This document shows positions 1 through 15,826 of a stretch of DNA of 64,000 nucleotides, one piece after another (position 1 is the stretch's first letter; each line of letters opens with the position of its first letter). Where the stretch lies: the NCBI RefSeq assembly GCF_009914755.1, contig NC_060932.1. The stretch is one strand, 5' to 3'. Below the pieces are notes generated by a model. It did no database searches and had not been told where the DNA came from. It saw nothing but the letters and a program-made list of their open reading frames with translations. Made by a program: the position numbers and the translations under genes. This DNA comes from the human T2T-CHM13v2.0 reference genome, Homo sapiens.

Positions 1-46
1 AAGATAGTTCACCAAAACAATCCTGACAGCCCCTCATCATTGGGAC

Positions 47-128
47 CATTATTTATCATTAGATAAATAATGACGGCTGACTGCTCATTATTTATCATTA
101 GATAAATAATGACTGCTTATTATTTATC
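47..128. repeat. Tandem palindromic (hairpin) AT-rich repeat
   Basis: cattatttatc-atta-gataaataatg at 47-72 and 86-111, plus a partial arm at 119-128. Confidence 0.9.
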
Positions 129-232
129 CCCTAATTTCTGGACATTTCCTTGCCTTCTGCTTCACTGTTCCCTGAGCCTGATTGCCTTCCCTCTCTCCCT
201 CTTACACGTGCCTTATTTCATCTCATCCCTAA

Positions 233-1157
<925 letters not shown>

Positions 1158-1209
1158 TGCCTTCTCTCTTATTTACAGGAATTTACATTTATCTTGTCCC
1201 ACCTACTAG

Positions 1210-1730
1210 ATTAGTAGTTCCTAAACTTCAGTGTATATAGAAATCACTTGGAGAGCTTATTTAACATGCAAATTCCAAAGTCTCACCCCTAGAGTGGGCT
1301 GGTGGTTCCCTCGCCCCTTGCTACTGGAATGTGGACCAGGGACCAGGACCAGCAGCACTCCCTGCAAGTTGATAAAAATACCAAATCCTGGGCCCCTACC
1401 CTGAATGAGAACCAGCATCATGAAGATCCCTGGGTATTCATTCCCACATTAAAGTTTGAGAGTGGGAGTCCAGCTCAGTATTTCTCAAACTTGCCTGAGA
1501 CCCATAGTAGGCAATGTATTTTATGCTTGACACCCACCATACCCACATATACCCATGTGAAATAGAAATTTCACAAAACAATCCTTACTCTTAAGGGATT
1601 CCCATCAATATTTTCTATTCTACTCTATACTTTTTTTTTTTTTTAATGTGGGTCTTGACCACTAAATTGATTTCCCACCCCACTAAGACATGCAACTCTG
1701 CAACCCACCATTTGAAAAACACTGCTCTAG
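1210..1730. mobile_element. MER5-type hAT-Charlie DNA transposon fragments
   Basis: cagtggttcccaaac-like and cagtatttctcaaac termini, tttgagag/tttgaaaaacactg ends. Family assignment from memory. Confidence 0.55.
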
Positions 1731-2089
1731 TGATTAGACTTCAGCTACATTAGCCTGGGCAGAGATGAATCAGAAACTGGCTCACCTATGGTAGAAGTTA
1801 CATCCATTTAGTACGTTTTCTTTTACTCTTGGGGTGGAAGGTAGGGAAGAAGAACAAGTCTTTATAAATAGGAGTATATATCTTTATAAATAGGAGTAGC
1901 TTCCGCAGCTTTGGGAAATTGAGGATGCTTTCCTTCACCTGGGTAATTCCCCCCTGGTTAGAGACACTCTCGGTTAGTCCTCTGCATTAGCCTTTAGGAG
2001 GGAGGAGCTGTGCATGGAGGGTTTGTGGAAAAGAGCCCAGTCCTTCTACTGGGATGCCCTCATTGGGCAAGGCGAGGGTGTGCACTCAC

Positions 2090-2360
2090 CTTCAGAGGGC
2101 CCAGATGGCTGCTTCCCCGGCTCTGTGACCTGAAGGCTCACAGGAATATCCAGAAATTTCTCATAGCAGTCTCCATACCACACAAGGAGCTCTTGGTTCT
2201 GATGGATCTCTTTGCAGCTCTCATAAAATATATGCCCTTGACACTGCACAGCAACTAGGTTCTGCTCCTTGGGGAAGCGGGCACAGTTGACATAGGACAT
2301 CCAGTTCCCCGTACCTCCTTTTCCATCTATAAAGTGGCTCAAATGACCATCTTCAAAGAT
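2090..2360 (-). CDS. PRDM14: PRDM14 exon 5 (271 nt), C-terminal part of PR/SET domain
   Basis: Translates IFEDGHLSHFIDGKGGTGNWMSYVNCARFPKEQNL...ELLVWYGDCY, with the PR-domain NWMxYVNxA and ELLVWY motifs. Acceptor CATTTAG at 2361, donor GTGAGT at 2089. Confidence 0.97.
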
Positions 2361-2579
2361 CTAAATGAAATAAGACATGAAGTTTGTATTGTACTTCTTT
2401 TTTGGTCTAATCTATAAAATAAATTTTTTAATACTTGTAACCTAAATATCACACTTGAGTCCACCAAATACACTTCTATCATTCTGATTTTTATGTCATT
2501 ACAAGTAGTTTATAAATTTACTTATGCCAACATAGATTTGTTAGTTTAAGGACACCTCTCTAGGTAATGTCACATATTG

Positions 2580-3497
<918 letters not shown>

Positions 3498-4084
3498 TCA
3501 ATTTCAGATTATTTTCCTGTACTATATTCCTAGAAGTAGAAATTCAGGGTCAAGGGACTTTGAACATTTTAAGGTATCTGATACATTCTGACAAATTTTC
3601 TCCTGCAGGTAATAAACTGCAGTCCCACTAGCATATCCCTAATATATCATCACTAGATCTTGAAGAGTATCTGGTTATTTTTTTTTTAATCCTTGACTAA
3701 TTTTATAGGTGAATAATATTGAATTTTAAAACTTGTTTTTATTCTCTTTAGCATAGTTTCAGCACTCTATAATATCTAAAGCATTTAGTTTTGTCTATAA
3801 ATATAATACAACATATTGATTCTTTAAATGTATATTCCATTGCTAATCTTCCAGACTAAAATGACTTAAGGCACCCACAAAACACAGAATTCATGCAGAG
3901 GTGCTATCCTCATGGAGCAAACACTGGCCGTTCCTTCCTTTTACAGGCAACACAAACCACAGATATCTGCCCTGGATGTCCTCTCTCTCTGACCAGGACT
4001 CTCCCAAAAGGGCAAAGGCCAAGATTTCCCCGGACTAGTCTCCCGCCCCATTTTCAGCAGCAGACCCACCAGAAACAGATTTAC

Positions 4085-4242
4085 CTCCCACATCACAGAA
4101 TTGTCTCCGTAGGTCTTCACTTCACTGGCATTGACCACTTTACCTTGAAAGGGCCCAAACCTGACTCCTTTGGCGATAAAACTACTGCAGAACACACCAA
4201 AATGTGGGACTTCACCAAACACCGTCTGCATGAGGCATAGAC
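4085..4242 (-). CDS. PRDM14: PRDM14 exon 4 (158 nt), N-terminal part of PR/SET domain
   Basis: Translates LCLMQTVFGEVPHFGVFCSSFIAKGVRFGPFQGKVV...SVMWE (FGPF motif). Acceptor CCCCTAG, donor GTAAAT. Cumulative CDS of 912 nt gives phase 0, matching exon 5. Confidence 0.97.
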
Positions 4243-4333
4243 CTAGGGGAAAGCCGAGGCAGGAAAAGAGAATGAGGAGAGTTGACTCTGCATTAGTTCA
4301 GGGAAAGAAATCCATGCAAGGAGTCCTGCCTAC

Positions 4334-4387
4334 CTTCTGGAAGTTGAAGGGAGTCTTTATCCAGAGTTTGAGGAAGAGAATCAGATC
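4334..4387 (-). CDS. PRDM14: PRDM14 exon 3 (54 nt)
   Basis: Translates GSDSLPQTLDKDSLQLPEG. Acceptor CTAG and donor GTAGGC; phase 1 at both ends, joining exons 2 and 4 in frame. Confidence 0.93.
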
Positions 4388-5015
4388 CTAGCAAAAGGCA
4401 GGTTAAAACAATTTTTCATTAAAAATGCATTATAAAGTGCTTTTATGAGGTGTTTCCCTCCTTAATTCCCTAAAGGTAACCATCATCCCAGTTTGATATT
4501 TATTTGTTGTTTCTATTTTTCCCTGCTCATTTTACATGGTCTGTTCATACACGATTTCACTGTAAACAATTCCATATACAATTTCTCATTTGAGACTCAG
4601 AACAGCCTCATGGAAGTTTATGTAATTAACCCCATTAGGCAAATTCAAGGAATTTGAGGATCAGAGGTAATGCCTGACTAAGGTCAGCGTAGCTAGCTGA
4701 GCTGGGACTGTTAGGTGTGAACTGCTGAAGGCTGTCATTGCATGTTAGCATAGAATCTGAACCTACCTGGGAGTTCGCTGCAGGAACCATTTCTCTCTTG
4801 GTCCTCAGCTCTCACTAAAACCAACCTTAGTCATGCAGTTAAGCAAGCAGGGCCTCAGAAGTGAGCCTAGAACAGCCCTGGCTCTCATGGAGGTACTTCC
4901 CCCTTCCCGCACTCTGCAGCCTCAGCTCCACCTGGAAGCGCCTCTTCCCGGACACTCCCGTTCCCGCCTGCATTCCCGTCCAATTCGACTCCCAAATGGT
5001 GTGAACTCCCTTTAC

Positions 5016-5715
5016 CAGAGCTGTCTGGGGGGACCAGGAGGCCTGAAATCGCATGGTGCAGGCTGGCTGGGTGCTCCAGGCTGGGAGTGACCCCGTACAG
5101 AACGAAGTGCAGGTCCTCCTCCGTGAACTGGAACCGAGCAGGGGACTTCCCTTCTTGGTTGGAGGGTTTGGGACCATCCTCTGACTGCTTGCTGGGTGAG
5201 CAAGGTAATAACTGGGAGGTCCTCAGCCCCTCAGGTAACAGAGAAGCATCCGCAGGGGGCGGTGGAATTAAAGTGTCAGGTCCACAACACGGGCCACTCT
5301 CGTTGTCGCCACCAATGATTTGGTGGCCCAGATCTTCACTGCTGGCACCCGCGTACTCGTGGCTGCTGCTCAGGAAGGGCGGCACTTCCCTGGGGACGTG
5401 GGGAATTGGGTACCACGGTGGCAGCTTGCTGTACCAGGGCAGATCGTAGAGAGGCTCCCTCTGTAGGCCCAGACCCGGGCTCAGCAAGGGAGGCGCCATC
5501 CGGAAGGGGAAGGGGGGCATGGCGGGGGCAGCAGACGCTGCGGCCTCCAGCTGCCGGAAAGGTTGGAAGTCTTCCTCCACGGTGGCCAGGCTGTTTCTGT
5601 AGTGTCCATAGGACGGGAAAGGCGTGTAGTACGCGGCCAGGTTCTGCGGGCTGCTCTCCGGCGGGTAGCACACCTTGTCCTGAGGCACGGCCTCACTTGG
5701 CCGGGGTAGAGCCAT
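5016..5715 (-). CDS. PRDM14: PRDM14 exon 2 coding part (700 nt from start ATG); exon begins at 5739
   Basis: Translates MALPRPSEAVPQDKVCYPP...RFQFTEEDLHFVLYG...PPDSS, including the pre-SET FTEEDLHFVLYG segment. Acceptor TTTTCTGCAG at 5740, donor GTAAAG at 5015. Confidence 0.97.
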
Positions 5716-7004
5716 CCCGGGACCGCACGCTCGGCGGCTCTGCAGAAAAGCGGGCGCCGCTGAGGACACCGCGCGGGAGCTTCCCGGGGTCCGACCCGCG
5801 CCTCCCCACCAGCCTCCTCCACCCCAGCCAGCCCCAGATCCAAGGGAACAGGATAAACGCCCCCAGTCCGATCCCGCCAGCCCGCTCCCACAATTAAGAC
5901 AAAACGAAAAAACAGCAATAGAAGCAAACACAAAAAAGCCCCAAACGGAAATCTGCCGGGATCCTGCCCTACTCTAAATTCCGGGTTAGTGTTGCCTTCC
6001 CCTTCCCTCTCCAAGCACCCCTTCCCTAAGCCCGGCCGCCTTCCCACACCCGCTCTCCGCTTTCGGCCCCCAACCCGGTTCCTGCAAAACCCATTGAAGT
6101 TCCCTTTCCTTCCTTCTTCTCAGTCCTACAAAACTCGTTGGTAGGGTCTGTGGGAGCCGCGGGGCCCTGCCAACCTCGGGGCTGGGCCGGGAGCCGAGCG
6201 CAGGCGGTCGGAGGGCAATGGAGCAAGCGACAGCTCCAGGCGCTCCTGGGCCCTCGGCTGGGAGGGAAGAGCCGAGGACCCTGGGTCGCACCGCGCAGAT
6301 GGAGACGCGCTCCCAGAGCCCCCGGGCAGGTCCAGGGACCCCGCGACCTGCTCTGGCCCAGCGGTGTGACCCCGCGGGTCCTGGCGGTCCTGACTGCCCG
6401 CAGGGGAGGGGCGCGCCACTTTTGGCTGCCCTAGGATGCGCCGCCTGAACCTCTTTTCCCTCGCGGGCAGCGTCCGCCACATTCCCCGGGTTCCTCGGAA
6501 ACTCCAATCATTCTACCAGGACTATTGGGGCCTGGGGTAGCCCCTCGGGAGCCGCGTGGACGAGCCCTGGCCAGGTGGGAGCGAAGAGCCTCGGCGACTG
6601 CCAGTCCTCCCGCCCCCGCACCGCCGGGAAAGGATGGCGTTTTAATAGACAGGCAGCAAGTTCACCGAGGCTGAAGAATGAAGCCCCTTCAGGGCCGGCG
6701 GGTCTTGAGATCAATGAGCCCAATAAGAAAACCAAGCAGGGTCATGACTCAGAAATTAAAGAACACGGGGTCAGGAGAAGAGGTCAGCCACGACACAGGC
6801 AGCGGCCCGTCTCCTCCCGATCCTCCAAAGGCGCCCTTCTCCTAGCCTCCTCCGACCTCAGGGATCTGCAACTTGGGATTCAAAGCCCCCGAGAGGGCAG
6901 AACGACCATCCAAAACGAACTGCGCCAGCGAGTGCTGCCGCCCTCCCCAACGGCCCTGGAAGACCACCGCCCCGGGCCCCAGGCGCGTCCTGTCCCGTGC
7001 CTAC

Positions 7005-7180
7005 CTCCGACACCACCTCCAAGAGCGCCACCGCGGAGCGGGCGCCTCCTGGACGCTGCGGGGCCACTCGGGCTCGGTAGGCCACTCGGGCTCGGTAGAC
7101 TTCGGGCGGGCCCTGAGGGCTGAGCCAGGCTTAAGAGGGCGGGCGGGGCCGCGGGGCATCGACAGGTCGAGGGTAGGGAA
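7005..7180 (-). other. PRDM14: PRDM14 non-coding exon 1 (TSS position approximate, about 7100-7180)
   Basis: Donor GTCGGAG|GTAGGC at 7005/7004 inside the CpG island, just downstream of GC and CCAAT boxes; resembles the recalled PRDM14 5'UTR. Confidence 0.75.
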
Positions 7181-7240
7181 TTGACCCGGCCCACGCAGAT
7201 CCCCGCGTCGTCTTCTCCCCGCCCACCGCAGCCATTGGCC
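7125..7240 (-). promoter_or_regulatory. PRDM14 core promoter elements: GC boxes and CCAAT box
   Basis: GGGCGGGCGGGGC at 7137-7149, CCCCGCCC at about 7217-7224, CCAAT on minus strand at 7234-7238, weak TATA-like CTTAAG at about 7130. Confidence 0.6.
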
Positions 7241-9234
7241 GACTCTCGACTCGCCCTCTGTCCCCTGGGGTCGCTCACTTAACTCATCAGTTTTCCAAAC
7301 CCTCCCTGGGACCCTAGTGGCGAGCACTCGCCGCTGGCCTTCTAGGGCAGGCAGTATTGCCGCTCCAGGCGTGCGGAGTCGGGGAGAAAAAAACCGAACA
7401 CGTGTGCTACCCAGGGCCCCCAGATAAGCCCCTCCGCGCGCACACACACCCTGAACCGGAGTCCAGAAGGCCGGACTCGCGTCCCGGGGTCGAGCCCCTT
7501 ACTCTCCGCTCCCAGTTCGGAAGATCCCAGCCTGCCCGAAGGCGGCGTCTGACCCGCTGGTGGACCTGGTGGGTGTCTGTTCCTGATACCTGGGGACGAG
7601 GCGGGAGCGCCTTGAGCGCTGGGAAGCTTCGCCTCGCGAGTCCCCGGCAGTGACACGTGGGAGCGTTGGGCCCGGCACCCCCGACGCTTCCGAGGTTTCG
7701 GGTGGTCGTTTTGCTCTCTCGGGGGCTTTTATTCCTTAAGTGGCTTTAAACGACCGAGGATGGGCCTCCCGCGCCGCCGCAGCTGTCACTTCCTTCGGGA
7801 AAGGCTAGCGACCTTGGACGCGCAGGCTCTGAAAACCAAGGTCCAGACCCATACCGAGCGCCCAAAGACCGCATTTGAATTCTCCTCGCCGGCCATTGAG
7901 GGAGAGAAAGGAACGCTTAGTTCCATTCACATTCACAGAAAGAAGCGCCGAGGGTGGGGGAAACGCAGTCTTGCCGGGTGAGCCGGGACAGGTTCCTCGC
8001 CTGCCCCCCGGCCGCTGCTTCCTCTTAGCTGAATGGGGAGCGACCCGCCCCGGGCGCGGCCTTCGGGGCTGAAGACTGAGGTGCAGCCTCACCCCCGGCC
8101 TGGCAGCGGCTTGGAAGAGAGAGGGAAAGGAGGAACATCTACCCGGCTAAGAGACGCCGCCAGAGTCCCTAAAGCTGGCGGGGGACGGAGGCCGGGGTCC
8201 CGGATCTTCAGAGCGCCCGCAGCCGGGCTTCTGGGCTCCTCGGTGCGGGGAACCTGACCCTGTAGCCTTCGCCAGGGCGCGGCGGGGCTGCAAGAAGGGA
8301 GGAAGGAGTGGGACTAGAGCCTTCGAGGGCGCGGGCGGCGTGCACTCAGCCTTGTCTCCCCGCGCGCCCTGCCGCCTGCTTGCCCCCTTTGCTGCACCGG
8401 GTGGCCCTGGTCCCCGCGCCCGCCCGCCCCCGACGCCTTCGCGTGGTTCCGCGCTGCCCGCGGCCAGCCCCGTTTCGCTTCGCAAGGAGCGTGTTGTTTT
8501 CTCAATCGAAATGGGATCAAGATCCCAGGGTTTCCTCGTCTCCTTGTTTTGAGGTGATAGGATCTTAGCCAATAGATCGAAAACGTGAAAAGTACCCGTC
8601 GCCTCTTGTCCCAAGTGCCTCTGTGGAAGGATCATTTACTTGGAAAAGCAGAATAAATTCTGTTGCCGTTTTCCTTCCGGAGGCGTGCTCACCCCAGAGC
8701 TCCTAGACCCACTGGCATTCGCTATACTTCCTCCTGGGCTTTACAGGTAGGATTTCAAGAATGATATGGGGGCACCTGGGTGATCTGTGGGTTGCAGGTC
8801 CTCAAGAGGCCGTTTTTTCGTGCACGGAAGTGTCGTAGCTTTATTTTAGCGGAAGCAATATCAAACCTTATCTTAGAGGTTTGTTTTGCAAAGAATCCAG
8901 AGTTTACTATATTTGACACTATTTTAAAATAACACTTGCTTGTTTTAAGAAGTTGGGAGAAATCGATAAAAGAAAAGTTGAAATCCATGCTTCCCATTTC
9001 TACTCTAGGAGATAATCCTGATCAACAGTTTGGTTTGCTCCCTACCCCCATTCCTTAAAAACAAACAAACAAACAAACAAACCAAAACCCACTATACTTT
9101 TAGATTGTGTAGGATTACGTAGGATTTTGTAAAAATAAAAATGGGATTATACTTCACTCGTTTCTGCAACGGCCTAGCTCCTACTAGTAATCATTCCCTA
9201 TCAGTATAGTAGAATTAACCTTATTTTAGTATTA

Positions 9235-12050
<2,816 letters not shown>

Positions 12051-13592
12051 AGGAAAAACATTTTGACAGTTGTATAAACAAGTGTAGCCTCAATCCCTAT
12101 CACAATATAGAATTTAACACCCCAGAAACGCCTTCAAGTCACTTCCCAGGTAATCCCTGTTCCCATTCCCTCCCCCAGTAACTGTTCCATTTTTTTCTTC
12201 TTCCAGACATGCGGTTTTGCCTGTTCTGACTTCCTGTAAATGGAATTTTATAGCACATGCTCTTCACTATATATTTCAAGAGGCTTAGCTCTTTGATAGG
12301 GGAGAAGCTTTGAGGCACCCCGAAGAAAGCAAACAGCAACCATATTTATGTCCCACCACAGGGGTAATTATTGGAAACCCATTTAGAGGAGTTCAAATGG
12401 GCCTTGAAGTTTGGTTCCTGCCCATGCCCATCTTAATGGCTTGCTTTCGCCAAGAGTATATACTGACAGCCAGTGAGGCGTGCCTGGTAGGGACAGTGTT
12501 GTCTGCAATGGCAGCCAGTGTGTCCCTGTGTTGGCGGGTGGTCCCACCTGGGACCTCAGCAAGGCCCTCTCCACTGGAGAAACTCTGGTGCTTCCAAGAA
12601 ACCATCCTGGGAACACCAGAGAGTATCTTCATGTATTTACCTCCAAATCTGCCTCAGTACTTTTTCTTTGATATGGAGGCCCAATTTTAGCATCCTGTAA
12701 TGGCCGCCTTGAACCCCTCCAAGGTCATGGAATTTTTTTCTTATCTCGATGGACCAGTATTTTTGTAAGGGCCCCCTGTTTAGGGTAAGTGATCAGACAG
12801 GGCATTTCTCCTAGCATCTAGATCATTCTAGACCTAGATACTACCTATTCCTTGGGTAGCATTAAGGTATTTTGAAGTTCCACCTTGATAGGAATCCCCA
12901 CTGAAGTTAGACAGCCTCATTGTTTCCAGAGCACCCAGACTTTATAAATGACCCCAAGACTAATCTGTCTGAGCATGCTAACTCTCTTCTCTCCAGCTGG
13001 CTGGCAGGCTCCAGTGAGAGCAATCGCTTCTGCCATCTGGGCTATAACGATGCATATTCTAGGGGTGATTTGAGATCTGTTATGGCAAAGTCAGACTGAT
13101 CATATCCTGCCTCTGTCTGCAGATCTGACCCATCAACAATCAGGGTCAATTATGGACTCTCCAAAAGTATTTCTATTACATCTGCATGGGGCTTGGACAA
13201 ATGCCAGTTTGGCATTTTTTCTTTTGAGATGGAAGGAGCATGGCAGAGTTCAAATAACCACAGTGATTGACAGACATATGTATAGGGAAAAGAACAATAT
13301 TTCTTTTTTCTGTCGCCCAGGCTGCAGTGCAGTGGCGCAATCTCAGCTCACTGCAACTTCGCACTCCCAGGTTCAAGTGATTCTCAAGCCTCAGCCCAGG
13401 ACTGAGCTGGGACTACAGATGTCCACCACCAAGTCTGGCTAATTTTTTTATTTTCAGTAGAGACAAGGTTTTGCCGTGTTGGCCAGGCTGGTCTCGAGCT
13501 CCTGACCTCAAGTAATCCATCCAATCCCAGCACCTCCCAAAGTGCTGGGATTACAGATGTGAGCCCCCATACCCGGGCATTATTGCATTAGT

Positions 13593-13762
13593 TGTTCTTT
13601 CTTCTCCTTCTTCTTTTCTTTTTTTCTTCTTCTTCTTCCTCTTCCTCTTCTTTCTCTCTCTTTTCTTTTTCTTTCTTTCTTTCTTTCTTTCTTTATTTCT
13701 TTCTCCTTCCTTCCTTCCTCCTTTCCTTTCCTTTCCTTTTCTTTCTTTCTTTCTTTCCTTTC
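13593..13762. repeat. Polypyrimidine microsatellite (CTT/CTTT/CCTT), decayed poly-A tail of the U1 retrocopy
   Basis: About 170 nt almost purely C/T on the plus strand. Confidence 0.9.
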
Positions 13763-13763
13763 A

Positions 13764-13887
13764 ATGCAGTCAAGTTTCCTGTATCTGGGGAAATTTCAAG
13801 GGTCAGCACATCTGGAGTGCAATGGATAAGCCTCATCCTGGGAAAACCACCTTCATGATCATGGAATCTTCCTGGTCAGGTAAGTAT
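13764..13887 (-). pseudogene. U1 snRNA retropseudogene, 3'-truncated before the Sm site
   Basis: Minus strand ATACTTACCTGACCAGGAAGATTCCATGATCATGAAGGTGGTTTTCCCAGG...TTATCCATTGCACTCCAGATGTGCTGACC...GAAACTTGACTGCAT matches U1 nt 1 to about 124, then an A-rich tail follows. Confidence 0.93.
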
Positions 13888-14079
13888 ATTGTAACAATAT
13901 TTCATAGGATGCAAGGTGGCTCAGCTAGAAATGTTGTCCATTTGATTAAGTAGCAGTGATTATACAACTTGGGAGACCATTGGGTTCATGAGATCCCAAA
14001 ACTAAGTAAGCAGAAGCCTCCCCGAGTTGACAATGACTGCCATTGCCTTGAGACAAGGTAGATAGGCCTTTGCCAGTAG

Positions 14080-14385
<306 letters not shown>

Positions 14386-14898
14386 TGAGTTAAAACCTCA
14401 AGGACCTGAGCAGATCATCTATGAACCTGGAGAAATGTTTATGGTAAGTTAGAGCAGTCAAGGATGGGGTTTGTTGAAGAGCTAGCTCTAGCGTGTAAAA
14501 TGTCTGTTCATGCTGTGTTCCCAGGAGAGGCAAGTCTGTCACCAAGAATTTAGTCGGGTCCTAAAGAAGAAGTAATTGCAGAGAAGTTGGGAGCTCCCTG
14601 TCCACAATCCCTCATGAGACGTAGCAATTAGTTTTCAGTGGTGAGTTTAGGGCAGTTCTGAGTGGAAGTTCAGTCAATCAGAGGGAAGAGACTTGCCTGA
14701 GACAGATCATGATCTAGATAATGAACCTTTTTTCTGAAAAAACTTCAAGTTTTTTGAGCACCTGTGTCCTTTTGTGCAAAAATAGAAGGTAGAAAGAATT
14801 CATTTTTAGTGCTTTTCTAATCTTCAGAGATTAGCAAAAGCTCATCCTATAGAAGAACTTTAAGGTCCTTGAGATTCTGATTAAGAGCTTATTTCATT

Positions 14899-14929
<31 letters not shown>

Positions 14930-15361
14930 TATTTATTTATTGAGACAGGGTTTCACTCCATCATCCAGGCTGGAGGACAGTGGTGTGATCTCAGCTCACT
15001 GCAGCCTTGACTTCCCAGTTTCAAGCAATCCTCCCATCTCAGCCACCCGAGTAGCTGGGACTACAGGTGTGTGTCACCACACCCAACTAATTTTTTGTAT
15101 TTTTTGTAGAAACGAGGTTTCACCATGTTGCCCAGGCTGGTCTCAAACTCCTGGCCTCAAGAGATTTGTCCGCCTCAGCCTCTTAAAGTGCTGGGATTAC
15201 AGGGGTGAGCCATCACCACGCCTGGCCTAAGAACTTATAAAAAGTAAGGAACCACAGTGAATCTCTGAGGCATAACAATCCACATGTACTGTGGGTTCTC
15301 CTAAGGACAGGAGAACAGGCATTGATTTAAGAGAACAAGTTCGCTGGGCGCCAGTGGCTCA

Positions 15362-15826
<465 letters not shown>

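Larger units (their letters stand above)
5000..8520. promoter_or_regulatory. CpG island spanning the PRDM14 promoter, exon 1, intron 1 and exon 2
   Basis: Very high GC and CpG density relative to the CpG-depleted flanks. Confidence 0.92.

Noticed and set aside
47-128. CRISPR-like palindromic repeat with spacers
   Set aside because: Only two and a half units, the spacers are 5-13 nt and share sequence, the context is a mammalian intron, and there are no cas genes.
5716-5931. 72-aa N-terminal extension of PRDM14 in the 348-aa ORF
   Set aside because: It begins at a non-ATG codon within intron 1, upstream of the clear acceptor at 5740. The tail after PPDSS (4885-5015) is likewise intronic read-through.
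5986-8635. Many overlapping 60-190 aa ORFs in the CpG island
   Set aside because: Stop codons are scarce in GC-rich DNA; the products are R/P/G/A-rich with no recognisable domain.
13764-13887. Functional variant U1 snRNA gene
   Set aside because: It lacks the Sm site, stem-loop IV and 3' box, has a retroposition tail, and sits in ERV pol sequence with no evident snRNA promoter.
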